DNA of 64,000 nucleotides from a virus. Shown piece after piece: positions 54,415 through 62,875 of this stretch (positions are counted from its first letter, which is position 1; every line of letters begins with the position of its first letter). The translations under genes and the position numbers were made by a program. The stretch lies in the IMG/VR virus record IMGVR_UViG_3300020442_000017, positions 28,305-92,304 of that record; one strand, written 5' to 3'. The notes under the pieces were generated by a model. It was not told where the DNA came from. It saw nothing but the letters and a program-made list of their open reading frames with translations, and made no database searches.

Positions 54415-55218
54415 ATGGCTGAACCCACCAGTAGGGCAGAATTAAAAGATTACTGTCTAAGGAAGTTAGGGTTCCCTGTACTAGAAGTCAATGTAGACGA
54501 CGATCAGATAGAGGACTCAATTGATGATGCTTTGCAATACTATCGTATGAGACATTACGATGGTGTTGAACTTGCATATATGAAGCACATCTTTACCGCT
54601 GACGACAAAACACAATTCCAGTCACAAGATACCACAACTACTATTGGTACAACTGAATGGAAAACTAGAGACAGGTATATTCAATTACCAACAGATGTTG
54701 TTGGTGTATCTAAAGTATTTGGTCTTGCTAGTAATGCTGTAAGAAATAATCTATTTGGTATTGAGTATCAAATCTTTTTGAATGACTTATATGCCGTAGG
54801 TTCTCTTGACTTTCTTAACTATTATATGGTTAAGCAGTGGATGGAAACTATGGATATGGTATTGAACAATGGTTCTTTTGTTCAATTTAGATTTAATATG
54901 AGACAAGATAGATTATATCTTGATGTTGGCGAGGACATGTTAGCAGAAGATATTCACGTCATTGTTGAATGTCATAGAGCATTAGATCCTGAAACATACC
55001 CTCAAGTTTATAGTGATATCTTTTTGAAGAAATATACCACTGCTCTTATTAAAAGACAGTGGGGTCAGAACCTAATTAAGTTTAATGGTGTGCAACTTCC
55101 TGGTGGAGTTAGCATGAATGGTAGACAACTATTTGACGATGCAGAAAAAGAAATTGAAGAACTAATGACTGCTTCTTCAAGCACATATGAATTACCACCG
55201 CTGGATATGATCGGATGA
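54415..55218 (+). CDS. g13: neck protein gp13
   Basis: ELKDYCLRKLGFPVLEVNVDDDQIED...KRQWGQNLIKFNGVQLPGGVSMNG. Confidence 0.95.
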   Translation: MAEPTSRAELKDYCLRKLGFPVLEVNVDDDQIEDSIDDALQYYRMRHYDGVELAYMKHIFTADDKTQFQSQDTTTTIGTTEWKTRDRYIQLPTDVVGVSKVFGLASNAVRNNLFGIEYQIFLNDLYAVGSLDFLNYYMVKQWMETMDMVLNNGSFVQFRFNMRQDRLYLDVGEDMLAEDIHVIVECHRALDPETYPQVYSDIFLKKYTTALIKRQWGQNLIKFNGVQLPGGVSMNGRQLFDDAEKEIEELMTASSSTYELPPLDMIG

Positions 55219-56633
55219 AGAAAGTATATTTTCCTCAACATGGTGGGATTACCACCGAACAAAATCTGGTACAAGACTTGGTTGATGAACAAATCAAGTT
55301 GTTTGGATCAGATGTGTTTTATATTCCTAGAGTACACTTAAAGGATAAAACTCTAGGGGAAGTCATACAGTCTGAATTTAATCAGAGCTATATGATTGAA
55401 ATGTTCTTAGTGAATGTTGAGGGATTTGGTGCTGGTAGTGAATTTGTAAGTAAGTTTGGTTTAAGGATTACAGATGAAATTACCTTTGTTGTATCACGTA
55501 GAAGGTGGGAACAATCAGCTAATCCTGCATTAAATCTTGCTGTAGATGGTAGACCCAATGAAGGAGATTTAATCTACTTCCCTTTGACAGAGGATTTATA
55601 TGAAATTAAATATGTTGAGAGAGAAAATCCTTTCTTTCAATTAGGAAAACAATACTTCTATACACTCACCGCTGAACTATACGAGCAAGGTGCGGATAAA
55701 TTTGATACTGGTATTGATGAGATTGATGAGATTGAAAGAGATTTCAGCAATATTACAACATTGAATCTATCAATTTCTACAAGATATCAAGCAACAGGAA
55801 CGTTGCAGGTAGATTCTTCTGGACAACTTACAGGAGCATCCGTAGGTATTGCAGGTACTGGATATAGTACAGTGCCTTCAGTAAGTATTGATGGAGCAAA
55901 CGGATCAGGTGGTATTGTTCAGGCAGAAATTGCTGATGGTGGAGTTGTCACATTAAGCATTTTAAATAGTGGAACTGGATACGTATCTGATACCACTAGT
56001 GCAGATTTTCCAAAACTTATTATTGATGCACCACCCAACCCTGTAGATTTTATTGCAGATGAACATGTTGTTATTGGTGGATTCACTCAACAGGGTGGTG
56101 GTAGATCATGGAGTTCTGAAAATGGTGTAGTTACTGTTACTGCTCTAGGTGGATTTGATCCTACATTCGCACCAAATACACAGAAAAAATATTTTTATTG
56201 GAAGTTTGAAGACAAACGTATATGTTATGTCTACACATACAATGGAACTACTGCAACAACAGAAACAGGTCATTTTTATTATGATGCTGCAAATGTCAAA
56301 TACATTATTAATACTTATATGGAAACTACTACAAGTGGTTCCCAAGCGACAATGTATGACTTAGATAGTGGAACAATAGCAGAAGTAGCAGATTGGAACG
56401 GGGTAACATATACACTTGAAGTTATGAATCGTACAGGTAACTTCCTTGATGGTGATACTATTAGAGGGGTTGAATCTAATGCCCTATATACATTAGGAGC
56501 ATTCTCTACTATTGATAATGAAAGTATTGAATATGATCAGAATCAAGCAATTGAAGATGGTGCTGACGATATAATTGATTGGGGTGAAGGAAACCCATTT
56601 GGTGAAATTGGTAATTATACAGGTAGCTTCTGA
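55215..56633 (+). CDS. g14: neck protein gp14 (with internal insertion)
   Basis: EQNLVQDLVDEQIKLFG...SKFGLRITDE...RPNEGDLIYFP...PFFQLGK; C-terminal NPFGE. Confidence 0.92.
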   Translation: MKKVYFPQHGGITTEQNLVQDLVDEQIKLFGSDVFYIPRVHLKDKTLGEVIQSEFNQSYMIEMFLVNVEGFGAGSEFVSKFGLRITDEITFVVSRRRWEQSANPALNLAVDGRPNEGDLIYFPLTEDLYEIKYVERENPFFQLGKQYFYTLTAELYEQGADKFDTGIDEIDEIERDFSNITTLNLSISTRYQATGTLQVDSSGQLTGASVGIAGTGYSTVPSVSIDGANGSGGIVQAEIADGGVVTLSILNSGTGYVSDTTSADFPKLIIDAPPNPVDFIADEHVVIGGFTQQGGGRSWSSENGVVTVTALGGFDPTFAPNTQKKYFYWKFEDKRICYVYTYNGTTATTETGHFYYDAANVKYIINTYMETTTSGSQATMYDLDSGTIAEVADWNGVTYTLEVMNRTGNFLDGDTIRGVESNALYTLGAFSTIDNESIEYDQNQAIEDGADDIIDWGEGNPFGEIGNYTGSF

Positions 56634-57445
56634 TGTTAGGAACACAATTTTATAACGAGGCAGTAAGAAAGACTGTCATTTCTTTCGGTACTTTATTCAA
56701 TAATATTGAATTAAAAAAGATCGTTAATGGACAAGTAATGGAAGTTGAAAAAGTTCCACTTGCTTATGGTCCTAAAAATAAATTTTTATATAGACTACAA
56801 GGGAATCCTACGGATGGTAGAAAGGTAGCAATTACTTTACCACGTCTCTATTTTGAGATGACAGGTATTGAGTATGATTCTGCAAGGAAAACTCCTGCAA
56901 TAACCAGAACTAAAGCAGTTCTACCTGTTGATGGGGAGTCAACAAATGCAACGCAAGTAATGACTCAATATGTACCTGTTCCATATAACATAGGATTTGA
57001 AGTAGGTATAATTGCAAAATCACAAGATGATGGACTACAAATTCTAGAACAAATTTTACCATTCTTTCAACCAAACTTTAACATGAGTGTTAAGTTTATT
57101 CCTGATATGAATGAAGTAAGAGATGTTGCTATCGTCTTAAACAGTGTTGACTTTGATGATGATTGGGAAGATGATTTCAACACACGACGTAGTTTAATTT
57201 ATACGTTGAGATTTACTGCTAAATCTTACATCTACGGACCTTACAGCAAGGCAGATGTTATTCGTAAGTCTCGCATCATTGAAACTATTGGAGATAAGGA
57301 AGTTAGTAAGAGACACGTTGAAAGATCATATACACCTAAAGCAAAGACTGATCTTAATAACGACGGACAGGTTACTGCCGCAGATGATGCATTTGTAACT
57401 GCTGCTGACGACTTTGGATTTAATGAAGGAATTGAATTCTTATGA
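56633..57445 (+). CDS. g15: tail sheath stabilizer / tail terminator gp15
   Basis: FYNEAVRKTVISFGTLFNNI...VPLAYGPK...LPRLYFEMTG...PVPYN...QILEQILPFFQP. Confidence 0.95.
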   Translation: MLGTQFYNEAVRKTVISFGTLFNNIELKKIVNGQVMEVEKVPLAYGPKNKFLYRLQGNPTDGRKVAITLPRLYFEMTGIEYDSARKTPAITRTKAVLPVDGESTNATQVMTQYVPVPYNIGFEVGIIAKSQDDGLQILEQILPFFQPNFNMSVKFIPDMNEVRDVAIVLNSVDFDDDWEDDFNTRRSLIYTLRFTAKSYIYGPYSKADVIRKSRIIETIGDKEVSKRHVERSYTPKAKTDLNNDGQVTAADDAFVTAADDFGFNEGIEFL

Positions 57446-57852
57446 GTAGCCTAGAAGACAACATGGAAAACATCCTCAACATTGATACTGAGGTTGTAGA
57501 AAGCAAACCAAGTAAACCTGTTCCACCTAAGGTTGACAAGGATGATCGTAAAAAAGATTATGAATATACTCGTGGTGAACTATACTCTCTCATAGATAAG
57601 GGTCAGGAGGCGGTACAAGGTGCCTTAGAGGTTGCTCAGGAGTCAGGGCACCCAAGAGCGTATGAAGTCGCTGTAGCGGCGATGAAGCACGTTGCTGATA
57701 TGACTGAGAAACTTCAAGACCTACATAAGAAGATGAAGGATCTAGATGAAGAAAAATCTGGTCCAAAAAATGTTACTAATAATGCAATGTTTGTTGGTAG
57801 TACAACTGAACTTCAGAAGATGCTTAAGCAAATGAAGGGGGGAAAGCGATGA
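57442..57852 (+). CDS. g16: terminase small subunit gp16
   Basis: DYEYTRGELYSLI.KG.EA...HPRAYEV...NNAMFVGSTTELQKML. Confidence 0.93.
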   Translation: MSSLEDNMENILNIDTEVVESKPSKPVPPKVDKDDRKKDYEYTRGELYSLIDKGQEAVQGALEVAQESGHPRAYEVAVAAMKHVADMTEKLQDLHKKMKDLDEEKSGPKNVTNNAMFVGSTTELQKMLKQMKGGKR

Positions 57853-58127
57853 AAGATTTTAAACAATTTAAAGAAATTTCTGAAGCTGCATGGACAAAAA
57901 AAGCAGGACAAAATAAAGAAGGTGGACTAAATGAAAAAGGAAGAAAGAGCTACGAGAGAGAAAATCCAGGAAGCGATCTTAAGAGACCTTCAAAAAAAGT
58001 TGGGAACCCTCGTAGAAAAAGCTTTTGTGCGAGAATGAAAGGGATGAAAAAGAAGTTAACTTCTAAAAAAACTGCTAACGATAAAGATAGTAGAATCAAC
58101 AAATCTTTACGTGCTTGGAATTGCTAA
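57849..58127 (+). CDS. highly basic conserved phage protein (possible internal head protein)
   Basis: GGLNEKGRKSY...RRKSFCARMKG...SRINKSLRAWNC; N-terminus MKDFKQFKEISEA. Confidence 0.7.
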   Translation: MKDFKQFKEISEAAWTKKAGQNKEGGLNEKGRKSYERENPGSDLKRPSKKVGNPRRKSFCARMKGMKKKLTSKKTANDKDSRINKSLRAWNC

Positions 58128-58157
58128 GTGCTATAATACTATTACTGAATTTTTATT

Positions 58158-59138
58158 ATGACTAAAATTAGAAGAGGATTTCAAAAGATTGAACCAATCT
58201 CTGCACCGCCAGAAAATAAAGGATTTGGTATTAAGAAACCAAGTTTAATCCTACCAAAAGGAGTTCAATCAACAGAACCAGAACCAGAACTACCTGAGGA
58301 TCTTGATCTAAGTGCAATGGGGAAACCAGATCCCAAAGCAGTTCCAGAACAATTTGCTAGAGCATTCCCCCCTCTATCAATGCCACCATGGAGATCTGAT
58401 CAGAATCCATCGGTAAAATGTCCTGAAACTAATGGAGATGAATTAGTTGATATTAATCCATTCCCATACTTATTCAAAGCAAAATATGATTTTAACTTTG
58501 AAAATATTCAGGAAAAAATTGAAACAGATATTAAAAGATCTAAAACACTTGTACAACAAAATAGTATTTCAACACCAGAAAAAGATGGTGGTACTACAAC
58601 TGTTTTATTGATTGGTTCTGAAATTAATGGCGAAAGATACACAGCACCACATGAGTGGCCAGAGTTAGAGCACTTTATTAATGAGTGGGTTCCAGCAAAT
58701 ATTAAAAAGATTTGGAAAGCGTGGAATTTTTGTTCTATGTCAGTTCCATATATTTCAGAGTCTTGGGTAAATGAACATCCATATGCTTCCTTCACAGAAG
58801 GTCATACCCATCGTCGTAGTCAAATTTCTTTATCTTGTTATCTAAAAGTTCCAGAGGATAGTGGAAGATTTATGGTTAGAGATCCTATGGATGCATATAC
58901 TTACAGTCAACCTGTTGCATATGATTATCATCCAACAGGAAAAGAGTGGAGATATATTGATGTAGAGGATGGAGATGTTTTATTTTTTCCTGGCTATTTA
59001 CATCACATGACAGAAAGATCTCTTTCTAAAGAAAACAGATATATTATGTCAATTAATATTTCTTCGTTAGACATTAATACACCTCAAGGTTTTGACAGAG
59101 GCATCTATAAACCAATGTGGGTGCCAGACCAAAGTTGA
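58158..59138 (+). CDS. 2OG-Fe(II) oxygenase (TIGR02466-like)
   Basis: SWVN...HTH...LSCYLKVPEDSG...DP...GDVLFFPGYLHH...RYIMSIN. Confidence 0.8.
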   Translation: MTKIRRGFQKIEPISAPPENKGFGIKKPSLILPKGVQSTEPEPELPEDLDLSAMGKPDPKAVPEQFARAFPPLSMPPWRSDQNPSVKCPETNGDELVDINPFPYLFKAKYDFNFENIQEKIETDIKRSKTLVQQNSISTPEKDGGTTTVLLIGSEINGERYTAPHEWPELEHFINEWVPANIKKIWKAWNFCSMSVPYISESWVNEHPYASFTEGHTHRRSQISLSCYLKVPEDSGRFMVRDPMDAYTYSQPVAYDYHPTGKEWRYIDVEDGDVLFFPGYLHHMTERSLSKENRYIMSINISSLDINTPQGFDRGIYKPMWVPDQS

Positions 59139-59163
59139 CAAACGCTGACATTTCAATTAGAAT
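59135..59163 (+). promoter_or_regulatory. sigma70-like promoter upstream of the AMG cluster
   Basis: TTGACA(59135-59140)-17 nt-TAGAAT(59158-59163). Confidence 0.7.
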
Positions 59164-59207
59164 ACTTGACAGAGTTATTATAATTAATACGTGATGCAAT
59201 GTCAAAC

Positions 59208-59369
59208 ATGAGATTAAACGAAGTGGACGTAAGTCGTCTGATCAAAGCATGTAACTTAGCGAAAGAAGTTTCTGGATCTGAGTACATGTGGGATGAGTAT
59301 GAAAAACTCACAGAAAAGCTACGGCAACTATGTGAGCAAGGGTACTGTTCTATTACGGAGGAAGGATGA
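59208..59369 (+). CDS. hypothetical cyanophage protein
   Basis: 53-aa MRLNEVDVSRLIKACNLAKEVSGSEYMWDEYEKLTEKL...; not in track. Confidence 0.65.
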   Translation: MRLNEVDVSRLIKACNLAKEVSGSEYMWDEYEKLTEKLRQLCEQGYCSITEEG

Positions 59370-59578
59370 CTGAAGATTGGCGTTACAGTGACGACAAAAT
59401 GTTCGTTAGAGAATCTGTACTAAAGATTCTATTACATAAGTTTGGCAGTAAACTAAAATCAGATGGTTCTTCTGATAAAACAAATCAGTCCATATACCAA
59501 TGTGCTCATGATTGGGTATCCCAAGGAAATATGAGATCTGATGGTGTTGTTGCATATTACAAAGCATATTATGGATAG
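59366..59578 (+). CDS. hypothetical cyanophage protein
   Basis: DWRYSDDKM...SIYQCAHDWVSQG; GGAGG RBS. Confidence 0.7.
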   Translation: MTEDWRYSDDKMFVRESVLKILLHKFGSKLKSDGSSDKTNQSIYQCAHDWVSQGNMRSDGVVAYYKAYYG

Positions 59579-59855
59579 ACATGATATACCATGGTTGGGC
59601 AACTTCTATACAAAGAAAGAAGTAGACGCTTTAATCGCTAGAGCACTTGAAGAAGCAAGAGCAATTGATGAAGCGTCTATGGCCAAACATAATCGTGAAG
59701 CTACAATCATTAGTATGATCTTAGGTTTCACATGTCTTGCATTATTTGTGGATGGATTGTTAAGGATTTTAGGAATTATTCCTCCATTCATGCACATTGA
59801 TGTAAATATCATTGATGACATTATAGATAATGTAAAAAGTGAAATGCTGAAATGA
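59571..59855 (+). CDS. membrane hypothetical protein
   Basis: KHNREATIISMILGFTCLALFVDGLLRILGIIPPFM hydrophobic segment; ATG at 59571. Confidence 0.7.
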   Translation: MDRHDIPWLGNFYTKKEVDALIARALEEARAIDEASMAKHNREATIISMILGFTCLALFVDGLLRILGIIPPFMHIDVNIIDDIIDNVKSEMLK

Positions 59856-60364
59856 AACAACTAAATTCGTTTGTTTTAGATAATACAGTATCAATTATTG
59901 ACTACCTTTATAGAGGTAGACACTTTCAAAGATTTTGGGTGCTTGAGGAAATAGCTCGGGCACCCTATTTTGCTTTTTTGAGTGTCTTACATTTAAGAGA
60001 ATCTATGGGGTTACGTGGTCCAGAACACATCTATCTAATGGAGGAACATTTTGCTCAAACACTTAACGAAACAGAACATTTGGAATACATGGAATCTAGG
60101 GGCGGTAATACTTATTGGGTGGATCGCTTTGTCGCCAGACACCTGGTACTTATCTACTATTGGATCAATGTGGTTTATTACTGGTTGGCTCCTAGGTCTG
60201 CTTACGATCTCTCCTACAAAATAGAACTTCATGCTGAGGAGACATATGCAAAATATCTCAAGTATGAAGATTGTAATGATAAAGATATTGAGAGAATTAT
60301 GAATGATGAAAAACATCATGCAGAGGAACTAAAGGCAGCGATGGAATTAGTACTGAGATCCTGA
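59852..60364 (+). CDS. ptox: plastoquinol terminal oxidase (alternative oxidase family)
   Basis: RFWVLEEIARAPYFAF, NETEHL, IELHAEETY and DEKHH di-iron ligand motifs. Confidence 0.95.
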   Translation: MKQLNSFVLDNTVSIIDYLYRGRHFQRFWVLEEIARAPYFAFLSVLHLRESMGLRGPEHIYLMEEHFAQTLNETEHLEYMESRGGNTYWVDRFVARHLVLIYYWINVVYYWLAPRSAYDLSYKIELHAEETYAKYLKYEDCNDKDIERIMNDEKHHAEELKAAMELVLRS

Positions 60365-60422
60365 CACAATTTTTTTCAATTTTGTAGAAAATACCTAGAT
60401 AGTACAGTCAAATAACTTTTAT

Positions 60423-60788
60423 ATGAAGTTACTACCATTACGCAAGTTTATTATCCGTACAGTTATTCTTAGTCTAGCATTTTTATCAATTGCACTTTTA
60501 CCAGGTCTGGCATATGCAGTTGACATTGAAATGGGTTCAGGTGGCAATCTAGTATTCAATCCATCTGAAGTAACAATCTCTGCTGGTGAGACAGTCAAAT
60601 TTGTTAATAATGATCTACCTCCTCACAATGTAGTTTTTATTAATGGTCATGAGGAATTATCACGCCCCGACCTTAACTTTATGAAAGGAGATACTGTAGA
60701 AATTGCTTTTGATGATCCTGGTGAATATGAATTTCAATGTGAACCCCATGCTGGTGCTGGTATGAAGGGAGTCATTCATGTTGAATGA
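60423..60788 (+). CDS. petE: plastocyanin
   Basis: Signal peptide ending AYA; LVFNP, PPHNVVF and FQCEPHAGAGMKG with intact His/Cys/His/Met Cu ligands. Confidence 0.95.
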   Translation: MKLLPLRKFIIRTVILSLAFLSIALLPGLAYAVDIEMGSGGNLVFNPSEVTISAGETVKFVNNDLPPHNVVFINGHEELSRPDLNFMKGDTVEIAFDDPGEYEFQCEPHAGAGMKGVIHVE

Positions 60789-60993
60789 TAGAGAATGGAA
60801 GATCATTAAAGTATGTTTAGAGAATGCTCCGACACCATATGATGTTGGAGATACAAAAAAAGAAGTAGAGAATTTACTAAAGAAAGTAGATTCTTATGCA
60901 ACAGTTGAATGTTTTATTGATGATGATCCAGTAGATTGTTATTCAATGGATCATGAATTGGATGAAGATCTTATGGAGTACCCTCCTTTATAA
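60778..60993 (+). CDS. acidic hypothetical protein
   Basis: 71-aa ORF overlapping the petE stop. Confidence 0.6.
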   Translation: MLNDREWKIIKVCLENAPTPYDVGDTKKEVENLLKKVDSYATVECFIDDDPVDCYSMDHELDEDLMEYPPL

Positions 60994-61024
60994 GATTAAA
61001 TAATAATAACCATAGTTTGATTTT

Positions 61025-61324
61025 ATGTTATCAACAAAGTATCGTTTACGCTTGGAAGCAATTTGTAAAAAGATTGCTGCCGAAGAAGAAGTGCCTCTAG
61101 AAGATATGATTTGGGCAAACAAATTATCAAAAGCAAACACTAGTGCTAGAGACATGTTAAACCGAGCAAGGAGGGCGGCAATTAATCCAGGAGATGATTT
61201 TTTTAATGGGTTGAATTTGGGGGATCCTGATCCTACAAATCATAAAACAAAATTTGAGAGTGTTGATGAAATCGTGGATTGGTTCAAACAAGAAAAATGC
61301 GACGATTGGAGGCAACGAGATTAA
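61025..61324 (+). CDS. conserved cyanobacterial/cyanophage hypothetical protein
   Basis: MLSTKYRLRLEAIC...LNLGDPDPTNH...DDWRQRD. Confidence 0.75.
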   Translation: MLSTKYRLRLEAICKKIAAEEEVPLEDMIWANKLSKANTSARDMLNRARRAAINPGDDFFNGLNLGDPDPTNHKTKFESVDEIVDWFKQEKCDDWRQRD

Positions 61325-61456
61325 ATGATTCATAAAGTTTTAACGTCAATAGATCCTGCATTGGTAGGTTCTATCATGGGAACTTTTTTATTAGTTCCAT
61401 TTGCATACTTTACGTATGACGTTAAAAAACATCCAAAAAACTATCAAGAACATTGA
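61325..61456 (+). CDS. single-pass membrane peptide
   Basis: 43-aa MIHKVLTSIDPALVGSIMGTFLLVPFAYFTYDVKKHPKNYQEH*; not in track. Confidence 0.55.
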   Translation: MIHKVLTSIDPALVGSIMGTFLLVPFAYFTYDVKKHPKNYQEH

Positions 61457-61485
61457 AATAAATAATTTATATTGGAGTCATCTAT

Positions 61486-62520
61486 ATGAAAGTTGGTATT
61501 ATCGGTCTTGGCCGAATGGGTGAAGGCATGTCTCGCCGCATGATGAAGAATGGTATTGAGACATGGGGGTATAGAAGAAACACTAAAAAAGCAGAAGAAG
61601 CATACGAAGCAGGATATGTTTCAGGTATTGCTTATAGCTTAGAACATTTATCAGAAGCAGTACATAGTAATAAAACAACGGGAGAAACGCCTGGCATTTT
61701 TATGTTAGTAGTCCCAGCAGAAACTGTGGAGGACACGATCAATGAGTTATTACCATTTTGTGTGGAAGGTGATATTATTATTGATCATGGCAATTCCAAT
61801 TTTAAGGATTCAAGGAGGAGAGCATGTAACCTTGAGAAATTGGGCATCCAGTATCTTGACTGTGGCACTAGTGGTGGTGTGTATGGTTTGGACCGTGGAT
61901 ACTGTCTTATGGTTGGTGGTGCAAATTATGCAGTACAAACCTGCTCTCCAATCTTTAGGGCACTCTCCCCAGACATTGCATCAGTTCCACGAACAGATGA
62001 ACGGAGTCATGTAACTTCTGCTGAGCAGGGATGGTTGCATTGCGGACCACCTGGAGCAGGTCACTTCGTAAAGATGGTACATAACGGAGTAGAGTATGGC
62101 ATCATGCAAGCGTATGCCGAAGGGTTTAACATTTTACATTCTGGTGATCTTGGTTCCCAATATGTTAAAGAAGGAGATGCTGAAGTTGCTCCAATGTCAG
62201 ATCCAGAAAATTATCAATATGATATTGATGTTGCTGAAGTGGCTGAGTTATGGCGTCGTGGTAGCGTGGTTGGGTCTTGGTTACTTGACCTTGCTGCATC
62301 TGTATTACGTAACGATAACGAACTCAGTAAATTTGACGGGGGTGTATCTGATAGTGGTGAAGGTCGTTGGACTGTTAACGCCGCTGTGGATCTTGGCGTA
62401 CCCGCTCCTGTTATTACTACGGCATTATATGAAAGATTCAATTCAAGAAACTTAGGAGGTTTTGGTAATAGAGTTTTAAATGGAATGCGTTTTATGTTTG
62501 GAGGACACAACGTAAGATAA
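61486..62520 (+). CDS. gnd: 6-phosphogluconate dehydrogenase (decarboxylating, short type)
   Basis: GIIGLGRMG, IIIDHGNS, DCGTSGG, GAGHFVKMVHNGVEYG, SGEGRWT, MRFMFGGH. Confidence 0.96.
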   Translation: MKVGIIGLGRMGEGMSRRMMKNGIETWGYRRNTKKAEEAYEAGYVSGIAYSLEHLSEAVHSNKTTGETPGIFMLVVPAETVEDTINELLPFCVEGDIIIDHGNSNFKDSRRRACNLEKLGIQYLDCGTSGGVYGLDRGYCLMVGGANYAVQTCSPIFRALSPDIASVPRTDERSHVTSAEQGWLHCGPPGAGHFVKMVHNGVEYGIMQAYAEGFNILHSGDLGSQYVKEGDAEVAPMSDPENYQYDIDVAEVAELWRRGSVVGSWLLDLAASVLRNDNELSKFDGGVSDSGEGRWTVNAAVDLGVPAPVITTALYERFNSRNLGGFGNRVLNGMRFMFGGHNVR

Positions 62521-62744
62521 TGGGAAATTCAAGAACAGATAAAAGTAAAGATTTTATAGATTCTGGTATGACACTTATTACACAAGTTGAATCTGACAAA
62601 TATCTTAAACAGCATTCGCAGGATAAAGTTTCTGATCCTAGAAACGAAGATGATTATGATACGTGGGAGTATGGTACTGAACCACTCCCCGATGATCATA
62701 CTTGGGGATATCCTATTCCTGATGATGAAACGTGGACAGCTTAA
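62520..62744 (+). CDS. hypothetical protein
   Basis: 74-aa ORF, TAATG-coupled to gnd. Confidence 0.6.
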   Translation: MGNSRTDKSKDFIDSGMTLITQVESDKYLKQHSQDKVSDPRNEDDYDTWEYGTEPLPDDHTWGYPIPDDETWTA

Positions 62745-62875
62745 TGACTTTCGGTAATGTCCTTGCAATCCTGGCAATACCCTTTGTATGTGCCACCCTC
62801 GCACTTGGAAGATATAAAGGTGAAATATCGTATTATGAATCAGAAGACTATGATGGAAACGGAACCGCTCACTAG
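62744..62875 (+). CDS. ndhP: NdhP-like small subunit of the cyanobacterial NDH-1L complex
   Basis: 43-aa MTFGNVLAILAIPFVCATLALGRYKGEISYYESEDYDGNGTAH*: one TM helix plus the NdhP-type C-terminal motif; not in track. Confidence 0.75.
   Translation: MTFGNVLAILAIPFVCATLALGRYKGEISYYESEDYDGNGTAH

Noticed and set aside
59166-59184. TTGACA...TATAAT promoter
   Set aside because: The spacer is only 7 nt; the 59135-59163 pair has correct 17-nt spacing
61325-61456. NdhQ or HLIP identity for the single-TM peptide
   Set aside because: It lacks the ExxNGRxAM HLIP motif and shows no NdhQ similarity that I can recognise
453-62804. Numerous minus-strand ORFs in the track (e.g. 7090-7671, 6445-6909, 5221-5613, 42997-43443)
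   Set aside because: All are antisense to well-supported + strand genes and show no recognisable motifs; treated as shadow ORFs
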